A stretch of 64,000 nucleotides of DNA from Bradymonadia bacterium (lineage in GTDB: Bacteria; Myxococcota_A; Bradymonadia; UBA7976; UBA1532): positions 192,001 through 256,000 of the forward strand of contig JBKAGE010000034.1 in assembly GCA_046290225.1 (NCBI GenBank), given 5' to 3'. Position 1 is the first letter of the stretch. Each line of letters opens with the position of its first letter. The notes beneath the pieces were generated by a model. The model did not search any database, had not been told where the DNA came from, and saw only the letters and a program-made list of their open reading frames with translations. This document shows positions 27,626 to 37,804 of the stretch, piece after piece. A program made the translations under genes and the position numbers.

Positions 27626-30279
27626 ACCTGAGCGCCGCCGCGGTTCTGGCAGCTGTAGCCCTCTTGAGCGCGGCAGTCGCCCTCACCCTCACAGACGCGG
27701 GCGCAGGCGGTGTAGCCATTGTCGAGGGCCACACAGTAGCCGCCGTCCGGGCACACAAAGCCCGGCTCACACCCGCCGGCAGCACAGTAACCACCAGGCG
27801 ACGGGAAACACACGCGGTCGTCGGCGCAGTCGCTGTAGTTGTTGCATCGATCACCGGTCATGCCCGCACCAGAGGGGGCACACGATCGGGTGAAGTCGCC
27901 GTTGGCCTTGCAGGCATAGCCCAGCTCCTGACGGCAATCAGCGTCGGAGCGGCAATCCGCAGCGCACATGCCGAGGATGGCGTTGGGATCCAGGCCCACC
28001 CGCTGGGGCAGGCACTGATGGTCTGCACCACACTGCCCGCTGCCGTTGCACTCGGCGTCCCGGCACTCCCCCTCGGGACTGCAGAACTGATCCACAGGAC
28101 ACGCCCGGGTGGCGTCACAGGGACGCTGATCTGCGATCTCGATGAGCATGGAGTACGTGTTCGAGACCGTAGGCGTGGCCCCGTACACCCCCAAAATGTA
28201 GATGTCGTCCCGGGCGAGCTCCACCTCGACGAACTCTACGTCTCGGTAGCTCGGCGACTCAGCGAGCACATTGCCCTCGGAGTCGGTGAGCACCAGATCG
28301 AGATCGCCATCTCGGTGCGCGAAGCTGATGCCCGCCTGAATCACCTGACCGGCGAGGCCATCGAAGGCGTAGTAGTCGGGATCGTTGCGGCACAAGATCA
28401 GATCATCGCGGACGAAGGGGAACTCCTCGATGGCCGCGAACTCTTCGAGGCTGTCGTTGCCCATGCCCTCGTCGAAGCTGTCGTCATTGCACATCTGGTC
28501 ACAGACACCCGGGCCAACCTCGACCTCGAGGGTGTACCGGTTTCGGTCGCCCTCGTAGGGGAAGATGAAGAGCAGGGCCTCGCCGCCTTCGCCCACACAG
28601 GGCTCACTCACCTGCTCCACGTCTACACCGGCGTTGAGGCTCTGGTAGTCGTAGTTCTGGGAGCCTGGCAGGTTCATGGCGAGATCGAGATCGCCCTCGC
28701 TGTTGGCGAAGATGATGCGGGCCTCGATGGACTGCCCGGCCTCTACAGGCACGAAGTAGTAGTCGAAGTCGCCGTCACAGATGGAGAGGTTCTCCACCCG
28801 CCCGGGCTGGACCGACACCGCGTTGCCAGGGCCCTCTTCGGCCACCCCTGGCTCGAGAGCGTCAGGGGCGCAGATCTGGCCGCAGTTCAAATCGACGGGC
28901 ACGCACTGGAACCCGGTGGTGCCGTCGATGCTGGTCAGCTCCAGGCACTGCTGGTTGGGCCCCGGGCAGTCTTCCGTGCGGCACGAGATGGCGCAGAAAG
29001 ACTCGCCGCGCAGATCGACACAGAGATCTTCAGCGCCGCCACACTGTCCATCAGCCACGCAGGGGGTGCAGAAACCGTAGGTCTGTCCCCCGCCCCCGCC
29101 GCCCACGGCGGTGAAGCTGAAGACCTCACTCTGGGTGGAGTGATCACAGCGGGTGCCGTTGGGATCGTCATTGTCGGTGGCGGTGATGGCGTAGTAGACG
29201 AGCCGCTCCTCACCATCGGCGAGGTTGAGGTTGGGCACGCTGGCCACCCAGTTGTCGCCGTCGAGCTGGCGGAAGCTCACCGTCTCCCAGCCCGAGGTTT
29301 CGTCGGGGGTGGCCCCAGGCTCGCCGCTGAAGGACAAGATGGGGGGCGACTTGAAGCCCACGTCGTCGCGGATGACCGCCTGCAACTCGTAATTGAGCGG
29401 GCCATCGAAGCTGCCCGGAGGCGTGTGCTCGATCTCAGGGGCCTTGCCGGGGCAGCCCACGGCGGCCTCGCGGCGGAACCGGATGAGGAACCGTTTGACG
29501 ATGGGCTCGTCCCCACCCTCCTCCACCGCCCGGAAGATCACCGTGCTCGTGAGCGAGGTGTTGAGCTGATCTTCCGTGGGGCACCACTCGAACTGCTTCT
29601 CTTTCGCCGGAAACTCCGGGGAGAGCCTCGCCCCGGGGATCAGCGGGGCCTCCATGTCGAGGAACACGTTCTCGCTGGCCACGGAGTCCGCCCGAACGAT
29701 CACGGGGAAGCGGGCACACAGGCGGCCTTCTTCGTCCGGATCGACGACGATGCCCGCACCAGGAGGCTCGGTGAACCGCATCTCGCTGTTGCCGCCGACC
29801 CCACCATTCACCACTGTGAGGGCGATGGTCACGGCGTCTCTGCCTCCGCGACCGTCGCTGACCCGGAGGGTGAGATCGTAGATCCGCTCCCCGTCACCCG
29901 CGTCGCTGGAGATGGGGGTCCACTGGAACCGCCCGGCCCCGGTGTTGCCCACGATGCGCGGCCTGGAGGTCACCCGGTTGGGGTCCAGCTGGAAGGGATC
30001 AGGTGACAGCTCCTGGGACCAGGTGAGCGTGTCGTTCTCCGCGTCGACGGCGGTGATCACGATCTCGCAGCTGACGTTGACCAGGCACTGGACGTCGGCG
30101 AGCGGCTGAATGACCGGGGCGGTGTTCTCATCTGTGGCACAGCCCGTGGCCATCACCCACAGCAACATCGCAGCGAGCCAGGACTTGCGGAGAGGCCCTT
30201 TTGGCGCAGCTGGCTCGAGTGATTCGCGGTATCGCGTGCTAAGAGGCACGTTGCCCTCCAGTGGAGCTTGGTGTTTCAT
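27613..30279 (-). CDS. Large lipoprotein with Ig-like, two PPC-like and Cys-rich repeat regions
   Basis: MATGC lipobox; DYY...GDLDL x2; many C-x3-D-C motifs; start uncertain. Confidence 0.75.
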   Translation of the reverse strand: MKHQAPLEGNVPLSTRYRESLEPAAPKGPLRKSWLAAMLLWVMATGCATDENTAPVIQPLADVQCLVNVSCEIVITAVDAENDTLTWSQELSPDPFQLDPNRVTSRPRIVGNTGAGRFQWTPISSDAGDGERIYDLTLRVSDGRGGRDAVTIALTVVNGGVGGNSEMRFTEPPGAGIVVDPDEEGRLCARFPVIVRADSVASENVFLDMEAPLIPGARLSPEFPAKEKQFEWCPTEDQLNTSLTSTVIFRAVEEGGDEPIVKRFLIRFRREAAVGCPGKAPEIEHTPPGSFDGPLNYELQAVIRDDVGFKSPPILSFSGEPGATPDETSGWETVSFRQLDGDNWVASVPNLNLADGEERLVYYAITATDNDDPNGTRCDHSTQSEVFSFTAVGGGGGGQTYGFCTPCVADGQCGGAEDLCVDLRGESFCAISCRTEDCPGPNQQCLELTSIDGTTGFQCVPVDLNCGQICAPDALEPGVAEEGPGNAVSVQPGRVENLSICDGDFDYYFVPVEAGQSIEARIIFANSEGDLDLAMNLPGSQNYDYQSLNAGVDVEQVSEPCVGEGGEALLFIFPYEGDRNRYTLEVEVGPGVCDQMCNDDSFDEGMGNDSLEEFAAIEEFPFVRDDLILCRNDPDYYAFDGLAGQVIQAGISFAHRDGDLDLVLTDSEGNVLAESPSYRDVEFVEVELARDDIYILGVYGATPTVSNTYSMLIEIADQRPCDATRACPVDQFCSPEGECRDAECNGSGQCGADHQCLPQRVGLDPNAILGMCAADCRSDADCRQELGYACKANGDFTRSCAPSGAGMTGDRCNNYSDCADDRVCFPSPGGYCAAGGCEPGFVCPDGGYCVALDNGYTACARVCEGEGDCRAQEGYSCQNRGGAQVCLP

Positions 30280-30342
30280 CGGCGAAACTACCATTGAGCC
30301 GGGGGATGAACCAAGTGAACCCCCCAACCGACAGGAGCGCCG

Positions 30343-31035
30343 ATGATGTTGCGCATGCACGACTCCATGACCCTGCCGTTGATTCTGTCGGTCATGACTT
30401 TTTCTTCTCTCGCGGGGTGTGGGGGCAGCGCGCCGAGGCCCTTGCCGGCACCGGAGGCCCCCTCAGGCTGCCTCGTGCCCATGGTCACGTCGACGCAACA
30501 GCAAGCCCTCAAGGGCCTCAACCTCGGGGCGCTGAAGCCGGGGCACGGCAACGCCCCCGACACGGTGGAGGGGCTGCTGCTGTGGCGTGGCCAGCCCACC
30601 GAAGCCCACTGGGCTGCCCTGCCCGAGGAGGCTGGGGCCACCCTGATGGCGGTGGCCGGTGATCCCGAGCGAGAAGTCACGATCCGCGCCCGGGCCTTCG
30701 CCGGACTCGCCGCCCGCAGCCACCCTGCCGGCGAGCAGCCCATGCTGGTGGTGCTCGGCACCCCAGGCGCCGACGAGACGCTGCGTCGCTCGGCCATTCG
30801 GTCGCTGGCAGCGAGCTACCTCGCAGGCGCTCTGAAGAGAGGCGCCGAGACCCCAGTGGTGACGGCGCTGCTCAAGGCCCTCGAGGGCAAGCAACCCCTC
30901 GAGCGCGAGGCCACAGTCAAAGCCCTCGCCCCCTACCAAGATGATCCGGTCATCAAGGGGGCCCTGGAGGCCCAGGCAAAGTCGGAGCAGGATCCGATGG
31001 TGAAGCAGGCGCTCAAAGCGGCCCTCGAGCGCTGA
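30343..31035 (+). CDS. HEAT-repeat lipoprotein
   Basis: LAGC lipobox; IRARAFAGL, LRRSAIRSL, EREATVKAL, DPMVKQAL. Confidence 0.75.
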   Translation: MMLRMHDSMTLPLILSVMTFSSLAGCGGSAPRPLPAPEAPSGCLVPMVTSTQQQALKGLNLGALKPGHGNAPDTVEGLLLWRGQPTEAHWAALPEEAGATLMAVAGDPEREVTIRARAFAGLAARSHPAGEQPMLVVLGTPGADETLRRSAIRSLAASYLAGALKRGAETPVVTALLKALEGKQPLEREATVKALAPYQDDPVIKGALEAQAKSEQDPMVKQALKAALER

Positions 31036-31153
31036 CTGGAGCGTGTTGAGCCCCCGCCCACTTGCAGCAGCGAATCTCGAGCAGACTTGCCTCTTTCATC
31101 ACCTTCAGGTATGCCGGCGCCACACCCAAATCCGTAGCTGCCCGAGTCAGTAG

Positions 31154-32455
<1,302 letters not shown>

Positions 32456-32594
32456 TCCCCCGCAGAGCGGCTTATGGTGCCGCTCGCAGCGCCCTCACAG
32501 GTGACAACTGACGCTGGCGGGGTAGAATCCCCAGCGCAGGTGCTCGCCGAGGGCCTGCGCCCCCTGCCCCACTGACCACCGGAGGAGGAATCGC

Positions 32595-34319
32595 ATGGAC
32601 GCCGGAGTCCAATTTGAGGGCAGCCTCGAGCCGATGCCTCCCGTGATGGTGCTCGAGCAGCTCTCCACCCCCTCAGATCGCTTCGACCGGCTGCCGGAGT
32701 ACGCCACGGTCCGCTCAGAGGGCGCAGCGTGGATGCGCGAGGCGCCCGAAGATCGCGCCGAGGTGGGTCGGGATCTGCTGGCGCTGGAGGACTTGCTCGG
32801 CGACACCCTCGATCCGGCGGGCCCCAGCCTCGTGGACATGGGGATCGGCGCCTGGGATCGCGTGGGCGGTCTGCTCGACCAGTCGGAAGAGCAGCCCGGA
32901 GACGACATCGAGCGCCGTATGCGCCGTATGTTGCAGCCCATGACCATCGAGCAGCTGCAAGAAGAGGATCCGGTGGAGCGCCTCGCTGCGCCGGAGCCCG
33001 ATGCCGCCACCTGGAGCCGGGCCGCAGATCTCATCGAGGCGATTCAGCGCATTCACCGCCACCAGGGCGCGGGCCTCTCCGAGGGCCTGCGCCGCGGCCT
33101 CGACGCGCTGCACGGCAGGCTCCAGAGTCAGCTGAACCGCGCCCGGAACCACGACGCCACCCTCGACCGCCGGCTCGACGAGGCCTCGCTCTCCAACGAC
33201 GCCCTGCCGGGCATGCTCCGCCGCCGCGTCACCGAGTACTTCGCCGGGGGCCGCTTCGACGCAGATGGCGTGGCCGTGCAGGTCTCCTCGGTCTCGACCG
33301 GCAGCAACCCCTACTTCGAGGCCATCGACGCCGCCGTCGCCGAGGAGCAGCGTCAAGTCGACGATGTCGACCTGCAGACCGACGCCCTCCGTGAGGTCCG
33401 GCAGTCGGCGCAATCGGTGGCCGCCCGCATCTTGTCTCAGCCCGAGGCGGAGACGGGCGAGCTCGTAGCCCAGCTCGACACCCTCTTCGCTCGGGAGGTC
33501 GCCCTCACCGAGGGCCAGCCCTGGCGCAAGCTCCCCGACGGCGCTGACGTGGACACACTGGCCCTCCGCAAGGCCCTCGCCCACCTGCCTCGGGCAGCGA
33601 CGCCCCAGGCCTCTGGCGCCAGTACGTGGGCCCCACAGAAGCACCTGCCCGAGGTCCCCGTGATGGGCCCCGACGGCCAGGTCATCGCCGTGCTCCGCGC
33701 AGGGGCCCAGGTCTCAGGCAACCTCGTGGAGACCGCCGACGGCCGACGGCTGCAGATCGCCCATGGGGATCAGCAAGGCCTCGTAGACGTGCGCTGGCTG
33801 CGCGGTGGGCAGGCCAAGACCGAGCCTGGGCTGCCCCGCCCTCAGGCACCCCGAGGGGCCTTCAAGCCAGCCTTCACCGAGCGCAGCCCTCAGCCACTCA
33901 AGGCGCCCCCGGTCCCCGGTACAGACATGGCGCTGGCCAAGGCCCCTGCTCGAGCGCCAGCCCCGCCCAAGCCTGCCCTGGCGAAGGGTCGGGCCACGGG
34001 CACGGTGGCGGCCCCTTCTGTGAGCGGACCGCCTCTGAAGATCGGTCGCGTGAGCGCCCAGGGGCTCTCGGGTCCTGACGGCGAGCGGGCACGCCCGGTG
34101 CTCCAGCGGGCCATGGAGCACCTCGAAGGCCGCCTCACGGCGAAGCTCGCCGGCGATCGTGCGCTGGCGCAGAAGCTGCTCACCACCGAGGCCAACATCA
34201 CCAGCGTCGACGTTCAGATCACCATCACCGTCGGCGGCAATGTAGACTCCCAGGCACAGGCCATCGCGGACCAGATCGCCACCCGGCTCATCGAGCGGGC
34301 CCGAGGCGCAGTGTCCTGA
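32595..34319 (+). CDS. Hypothetical protein with SH3b-like segment and Pro/Ala linker
   Basis: GGAGGAGG RBS; host codon usage; GQVIAVLRAGAQV...GLVDVRWL is SH3b-like. Confidence 0.7.
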   Translation: MDAGVQFEGSLEPMPPVMVLEQLSTPSDRFDRLPEYATVRSEGAAWMREAPEDRAEVGRDLLALEDLLGDTLDPAGPSLVDMGIGAWDRVGGLLDQSEEQPGDDIERRMRRMLQPMTIEQLQEEDPVERLAAPEPDAATWSRAADLIEAIQRIHRHQGAGLSEGLRRGLDALHGRLQSQLNRARNHDATLDRRLDEASLSNDALPGMLRRRVTEYFAGGRFDADGVAVQVSSVSTGSNPYFEAIDAAVAEEQRQVDDVDLQTDALREVRQSAQSVAARILSQPEAETGELVAQLDTLFAREVALTEGQPWRKLPDGADVDTLALRKALAHLPRAATPQASGASTWAPQKHLPEVPVMGPDGQVIAVLRAGAQVSGNLVETADGRRLQIAHGDQQGLVDVRWLRGGQAKTEPGLPRPQAPRGAFKPAFTERSPQPLKAPPVPGTDMALAKAPARAPAPPKPALAKGRATGTVAAPSVSGPPLKIGRVSAQGLSGPDGERARPVLQRAMEHLEGRLTAKLAGDRALAQKLLTTEANITSVDVQITITVGGNVDSQAQAIADQIATRLIERARGAVS

Positions 34320-34395
34320 TGTGTCGCCACCCTGATTTGCACCCGAGTCCCACAGCTGACTCGCAGTTGAAATCCACAAAGGTAGACGAACCCTC

Positions 34396-34734
34396 ATGAG
34401 CACCGACAACCCCACCCGCGTCATCGAGACCAACGGCCGCATCACCGTTGAGCGCATCAAAGACGGCGAGATCGAGTCCTGGCTGGAGCTGCCGGCGAGC
34501 CTGAAGCAGCCCTTCATGGCCATGGTGGCCGAGGTGGCCAACGGCGTGAAGTCCAAGGTGGACTACCCAGTCCCCGGCGGCGACGCCATCGTGGTGAGCC
34601 GCACGGACTTCGACGGCATGAGCTACGGCCTCCGGGTGACCCGCGAGCCCGTGGGCTTCCCCTCCGAGGGCCGCGACGTCATGATCGACGCGAAGGATAT
34701 CCCCCTGTTCTTGTGCCAGGCCCGCGGGGTCTGA
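34396..34734 (+). CDS. Hypothetical protein (112 aa)
   Basis: Very strong C/G third-position bias. Confidence 0.75.
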   Translation: MSTDNPTRVIETNGRITVERIKDGEIESWLELPASLKQPFMAMVAEVANGVKSKVDYPVPGGDAIVVSRTDFDGMSYGLRVTREPVGFPSEGRDVMIDAKDIPLFLCQARGV

Positions 34735-34750
34735 GAGAGAGGTCGTCGTC

Positions 34751-35482
34751 ATGGGTGTGACCATCGGCACGTTGAACCTGAAGGTGACGGTCCAGCGACC
34801 CCACGGGGCGCCGGACGCCACGCAGGGGCTGCTCAAGCAACTCGCCCAGGACGACGACGCAGGGGTGGCCGAGACGCTGGCCTCGGAGCGCCGCACCCTC
34901 GACAACGCCACTCAAGATCGCCTCTCGCGCTTCTTCGGCCGCAGCTTCGAGGATGTCTCGATCTTCGTGGGCCCGATGGCCGGTGCCCTGGCCCGAGGGT
35001 TGTCCGCTGAGGCAGTGACCTTCGGCCAGATGATGTTCTTCGATCCGAAGCACTTCCGCCTGGACAGCCCCCAAGGTGAGGCGCTTCTCGCTCACGAGCT
35101 GACCCACACTTTCCAGGAAGACTCCGGGATGAGCGTGGCTCAGAAGGAGGCGGAGGCGCTGGCCACAGAGGCGGCATATCTGTCTCATCTGATGCCTGAT
35201 GGAGCGCCCTTCGCTGAGTCCCGGGAGATGCCGACGTCTCCGGTGATCGATCTCCAGGCGGCTCAGGCGGGTGACTTCGCTGCGAGTGGTGGTGGAGCAG
35301 CCCTGCGTGCTCACGTGAACCGTGAGGTGCAGAAGGGTCAGGGGCCGCGGGCGAGCACTGAGGTGTTCGAACGTCGGGTGGCTCAGGTGCTCGAGCGGGT
35401 GGAGCAATTACTCGCTCGGGAGGATGCTGGGTTGGATCAGAGGATGGGGGATGTTGATGACATCTTTACTGGGCCGATTTGA
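34751..35482 (+). CDS. DUF4157 (eCIS core domain) protein
   Basis: LDNATQDRLSRFFGRSFEDVSI...AEAVTFGQMMFF...GEALLAHELTHTFQ. Confidence 0.85.
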   Translation: MGVTIGTLNLKVTVQRPHGAPDATQGLLKQLAQDDDAGVAETLASERRTLDNATQDRLSRFFGRSFEDVSIFVGPMAGALARGLSAEAVTFGQMMFFDPKHFRLDSPQGEALLAHELTHTFQEDSGMSVAQKEAEALATEAAYLSHLMPDGAPFAESREMPTSPVIDLQAAQAGDFAASGGGAALRAHVNREVQKGQGPRASTEVFERRVAQVLERVEQLLAREDAGLDQRMGDVDDIFTGPI

Positions 35483-35522
35483 TCTTGGGGGTGGGGGCTG
35501 CGTTTGAGGGCTTTGGGGGTTC

Positions 35523-35860
35523 TCGGGGGTCGCTCCGCTGGTGAGAGAGTTTTCGGGCACGGGCACGGGCACGGGCACGGGCACGAGTTGATTCGGATGT
35601 TGACCCGTGGCCCTGCATGACCCCGCTCGTGGGTTGATTGATGTAGGCCCCTGCTCGGCCCCGCATTCTTCTCAGTGGAGGCTTCGACCACCATCCCCTC
35701 AAGACCTTCATTCTCAGGCCCTTCTGAAGCGCATCAACTCAGCCTCAATGGCAACCATCGCCCTGAGTACAAGATGGGCCAAGGGTCAACATCCGAATCA
35801 ACTCGTGCCCGTGCCCGTGCCCGTGCCCGAAAACTCTCTCACCAGCGGAGCGACCCCCGA
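35523..35860. repeat. Long inverted repeat (about 85-90-bp arms) containing (GGGCAC)5 and (GTGCCC)4; MITE-like
   Basis: 35523-35613 is the reverse complement of 35776-35860 except for one extra hexamer and one mismatch; ~160-bp spacer. Confidence 0.92.
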
Positions 35861-35926
35861 AACCACCAACCACCCCAACCCAAAACCCAACTCCGAAGAC
35901 CCCCTCCCCCAACTCCAGGAATCCCA

Positions 35927-36742
35927 TTGAGCGACAATCACCTGAAAGCCGGCCAGCCTGTGGTCTTCATCGACCGCAAACAGCGGGCCCACTACGACCA
36001 CCTCGTCGACGGCGGCCGCACCAACATGCGTGGCGACTACATCCCCCACGATCCGGCCATCGGCGAGATGGAGGGCTGCCGGGTACGCTCGAACAAGGGG
36101 CGCTACTACTACGTGTTCACCGCCACCCTGGCCCAGCACAGCCTGCACATGCAGCGCCACGCCACCATCGTCTACCCGAAGGACGTGGCGGCGATCCTGA
36201 CCTGGGCCGACGTGCGCCCCGGTCACCGCATCATCGAGGGCGGTTTCGGCTCAGGGGCGCTGTCCATGGCGCTGCTGCAGGCGGTGGGTTCGGAGGGGCA
36301 TCTGACAACGTACGAGCTGCGGGAGGAGTCGATCAACCGCTCGCAGAAGAACGTACGGGCGCATCTGGGCGAGGTGGCGCACCACACTGTGATTCACGGC
36401 GACATCTACGAGGGCATCGCGGCGACGGAGGTGGATCGAGTGATTCTCGACGTGCCCGAGCCCTGGGAGGTGGTGCCCCACGCGGAGCAGGCGCTGCGGC
36501 CTGGGGGGATCTTCGCAGCGTATGTGCCCACGACGCTGCAGATGCAGAAGGTGGTGCTCAAAATGGAGGGTGGCGGCTGGCTCACGGCGATCGAGTGCAT
36601 GGAGCTGCTGGAGCGCCGCTGGCACGTCACGGCAGAGAGCGTGCGGCCGAAGCAGAGCATGGTGGGGCATACGGGGTTCTTGGTTTTTGGGCGGAAGATT
36701 GCGGTGCGGAAGCTGAGATTTGGTGGGCCGAGGGGGGTTTGA
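35927..36742 (+). CDS. trmI: tRNA (adenine-N1) methyltransferase, GCD14/TrmI family
   Basis: RHATIVYPKD, EGGFGSGALS, YELREE, LDVPEPW, ERRW...RP...GHTGFL; likely TTG start 35927 (the 35675 extension is repeat sequence). Confidence 0.9.
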   Translation: MSDNHLKAGQPVVFIDRKQRAHYDHLVDGGRTNMRGDYIPHDPAIGEMEGCRVRSNKGRYYYVFTATLAQHSLHMQRHATIVYPKDVAAILTWADVRPGHRIIEGGFGSGALSMALLQAVGSEGHLTTYELREESINRSQKNVRAHLGEVAHHTVIHGDIYEGIAATEVDRVILDVPEPWEVVPHAEQALRPGGIFAAYVPTTLQMQKVVLKMEGGGWLTAIECMELLERRWHVTAESVRPKQSMVGHTGFLVFGRKIAVRKLRFGGPRGV

Positions 36743-36922
36743 TACTTGGCAGTTCAGATAGACGGGACAAGATTACACCGGCATCAATTAGGACAGTAAA
36801 TGAGTACCCTCGAATAAAAACAACACATCAATTGAGGGAATCGGAACCACTCAACATCGCTCTCTATGCCACCCCCCTCGCCACATACTAAACAAGTGCA
36901 CCCTTTAAGCGCTGCCCACGCC

Positions 36923-36951
36923 TTGACACCTGAACATTTGACACCTACACT
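36923..36951 (+). promoter_or_regulatory. Near-consensus sigma70 promoter of the low-GC gene
   Basis: TTGACA (36923-28), 17 bp, TACACT (36946-51); TTGACACCT repeated at 36923 and 36938. Confidence 0.7.
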
Positions 36952-36981
36952 TGCAGCTTAACTTGGCGGAGGCATTTGCAA

Positions 36982-37797
36982 GTGAGTACACCTCAATCCC
37001 CAATACCGGTTGAAACCTGGAACCGTATCATGGTGATGGGTAATGATGATCAAGATGACATAACGCGATGTCGAATCTGCGGAGTGAATGGAGAACTTTC
37101 AAAAGAGCATGTTCTGCCCAAGTCTTGGCACAATAACAGAAACCTAAGTTGGTCCGATCGTGAGTCCCACAATGGAGTAATCAAAACAGTCCGAAGAAAA
37201 AGGCAAAGAGGTTTCACAGTTTCAACGGTATGTAGGTCCTGCAACAATGGTCCACTTTCACACCATCAAAGCAAGTTTGTTCGATATATCAACGACATTA
37301 AAAACCTTGGTAGCAGAAGTGCTGTCGGTAGTTTTATAGAAATGACTCCTCCAGGAGACCATCGCGATTTCCTGCGAGTAGTTGTTGGCATGATTCTCGC
37401 CGTCAACATAGTTGAGTTTGGAGACAACAACCCCGATCTAAGAAAATTTGTGTTGGGTCATTTAGATAAAATCAAACTGCCCTTTGATGTCTATGCATTC
37501 TATGCCCCCGACAAAGAGGAAGTTGGCACGATACAGAGGTTGCATGCTCGCGTTGATACGTTTGCAAAAGGTTATGGCTTATATGCAGGGGAGATCTCTA
37601 TGCACCCAATTGGATTCGTGTACGGATTCAATTTCGGAGAGCACTATAAAATTGAGCATTTTGCACATATTGGGCATTGGGCACATGTAGACAATGCTTC
37701 GATCTGCCTTCGATTACCGGTCAGGATGACCGGGATTGACTCCTTACATAGGATGTCATTCAGCAGAAATGGCCCTGAATACAGCAGGCATATGTAG
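36982..37797 (+). CDS. Low-GC HNH-endonuclease-like zinc-binding protein, probably horizontally acquired
   Basis: CRICG...KEHVLPKSW...VCRSCNN; two sampled 60-bp lines are 33% and 43% GC; GGAGG at 36968 fits a GTG start at 36982. Confidence 0.75.
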   Translation: MSTPQSPIPVETWNRIMVMGNDDQDDITRCRICGVNGELSKEHVLPKSWHNNRNLSWSDRESHNGVIKTVRRKRQRGFTVSTVCRSCNNGPLSHHQSKFVRYINDIKNLGSRSAVGSFIEMTPPGDHRDFLRVVVGMILAVNIVEFGDNNPDLRKFVLGHLDKIKLPFDVYAFYAPDKEEVGTIQRLHARVDTFAKGYGLYAGEISMHPIGFVYGFNFGEHYKIEHFAHIGHWAHVDNASICLRLPVRMTGIDSLHRMSFSRNGPEYSRHM

Positions 37798-37804
37798 TCG
37801 TTCA

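Noticed and set aside
35466..35930. ORFs encoding RARARA, CPCPCP or GHGHGH tracts, and the N-terminal extension of trmI
   Set aside because: These are translations of the hexamer repeat in the inverted-repeat element.
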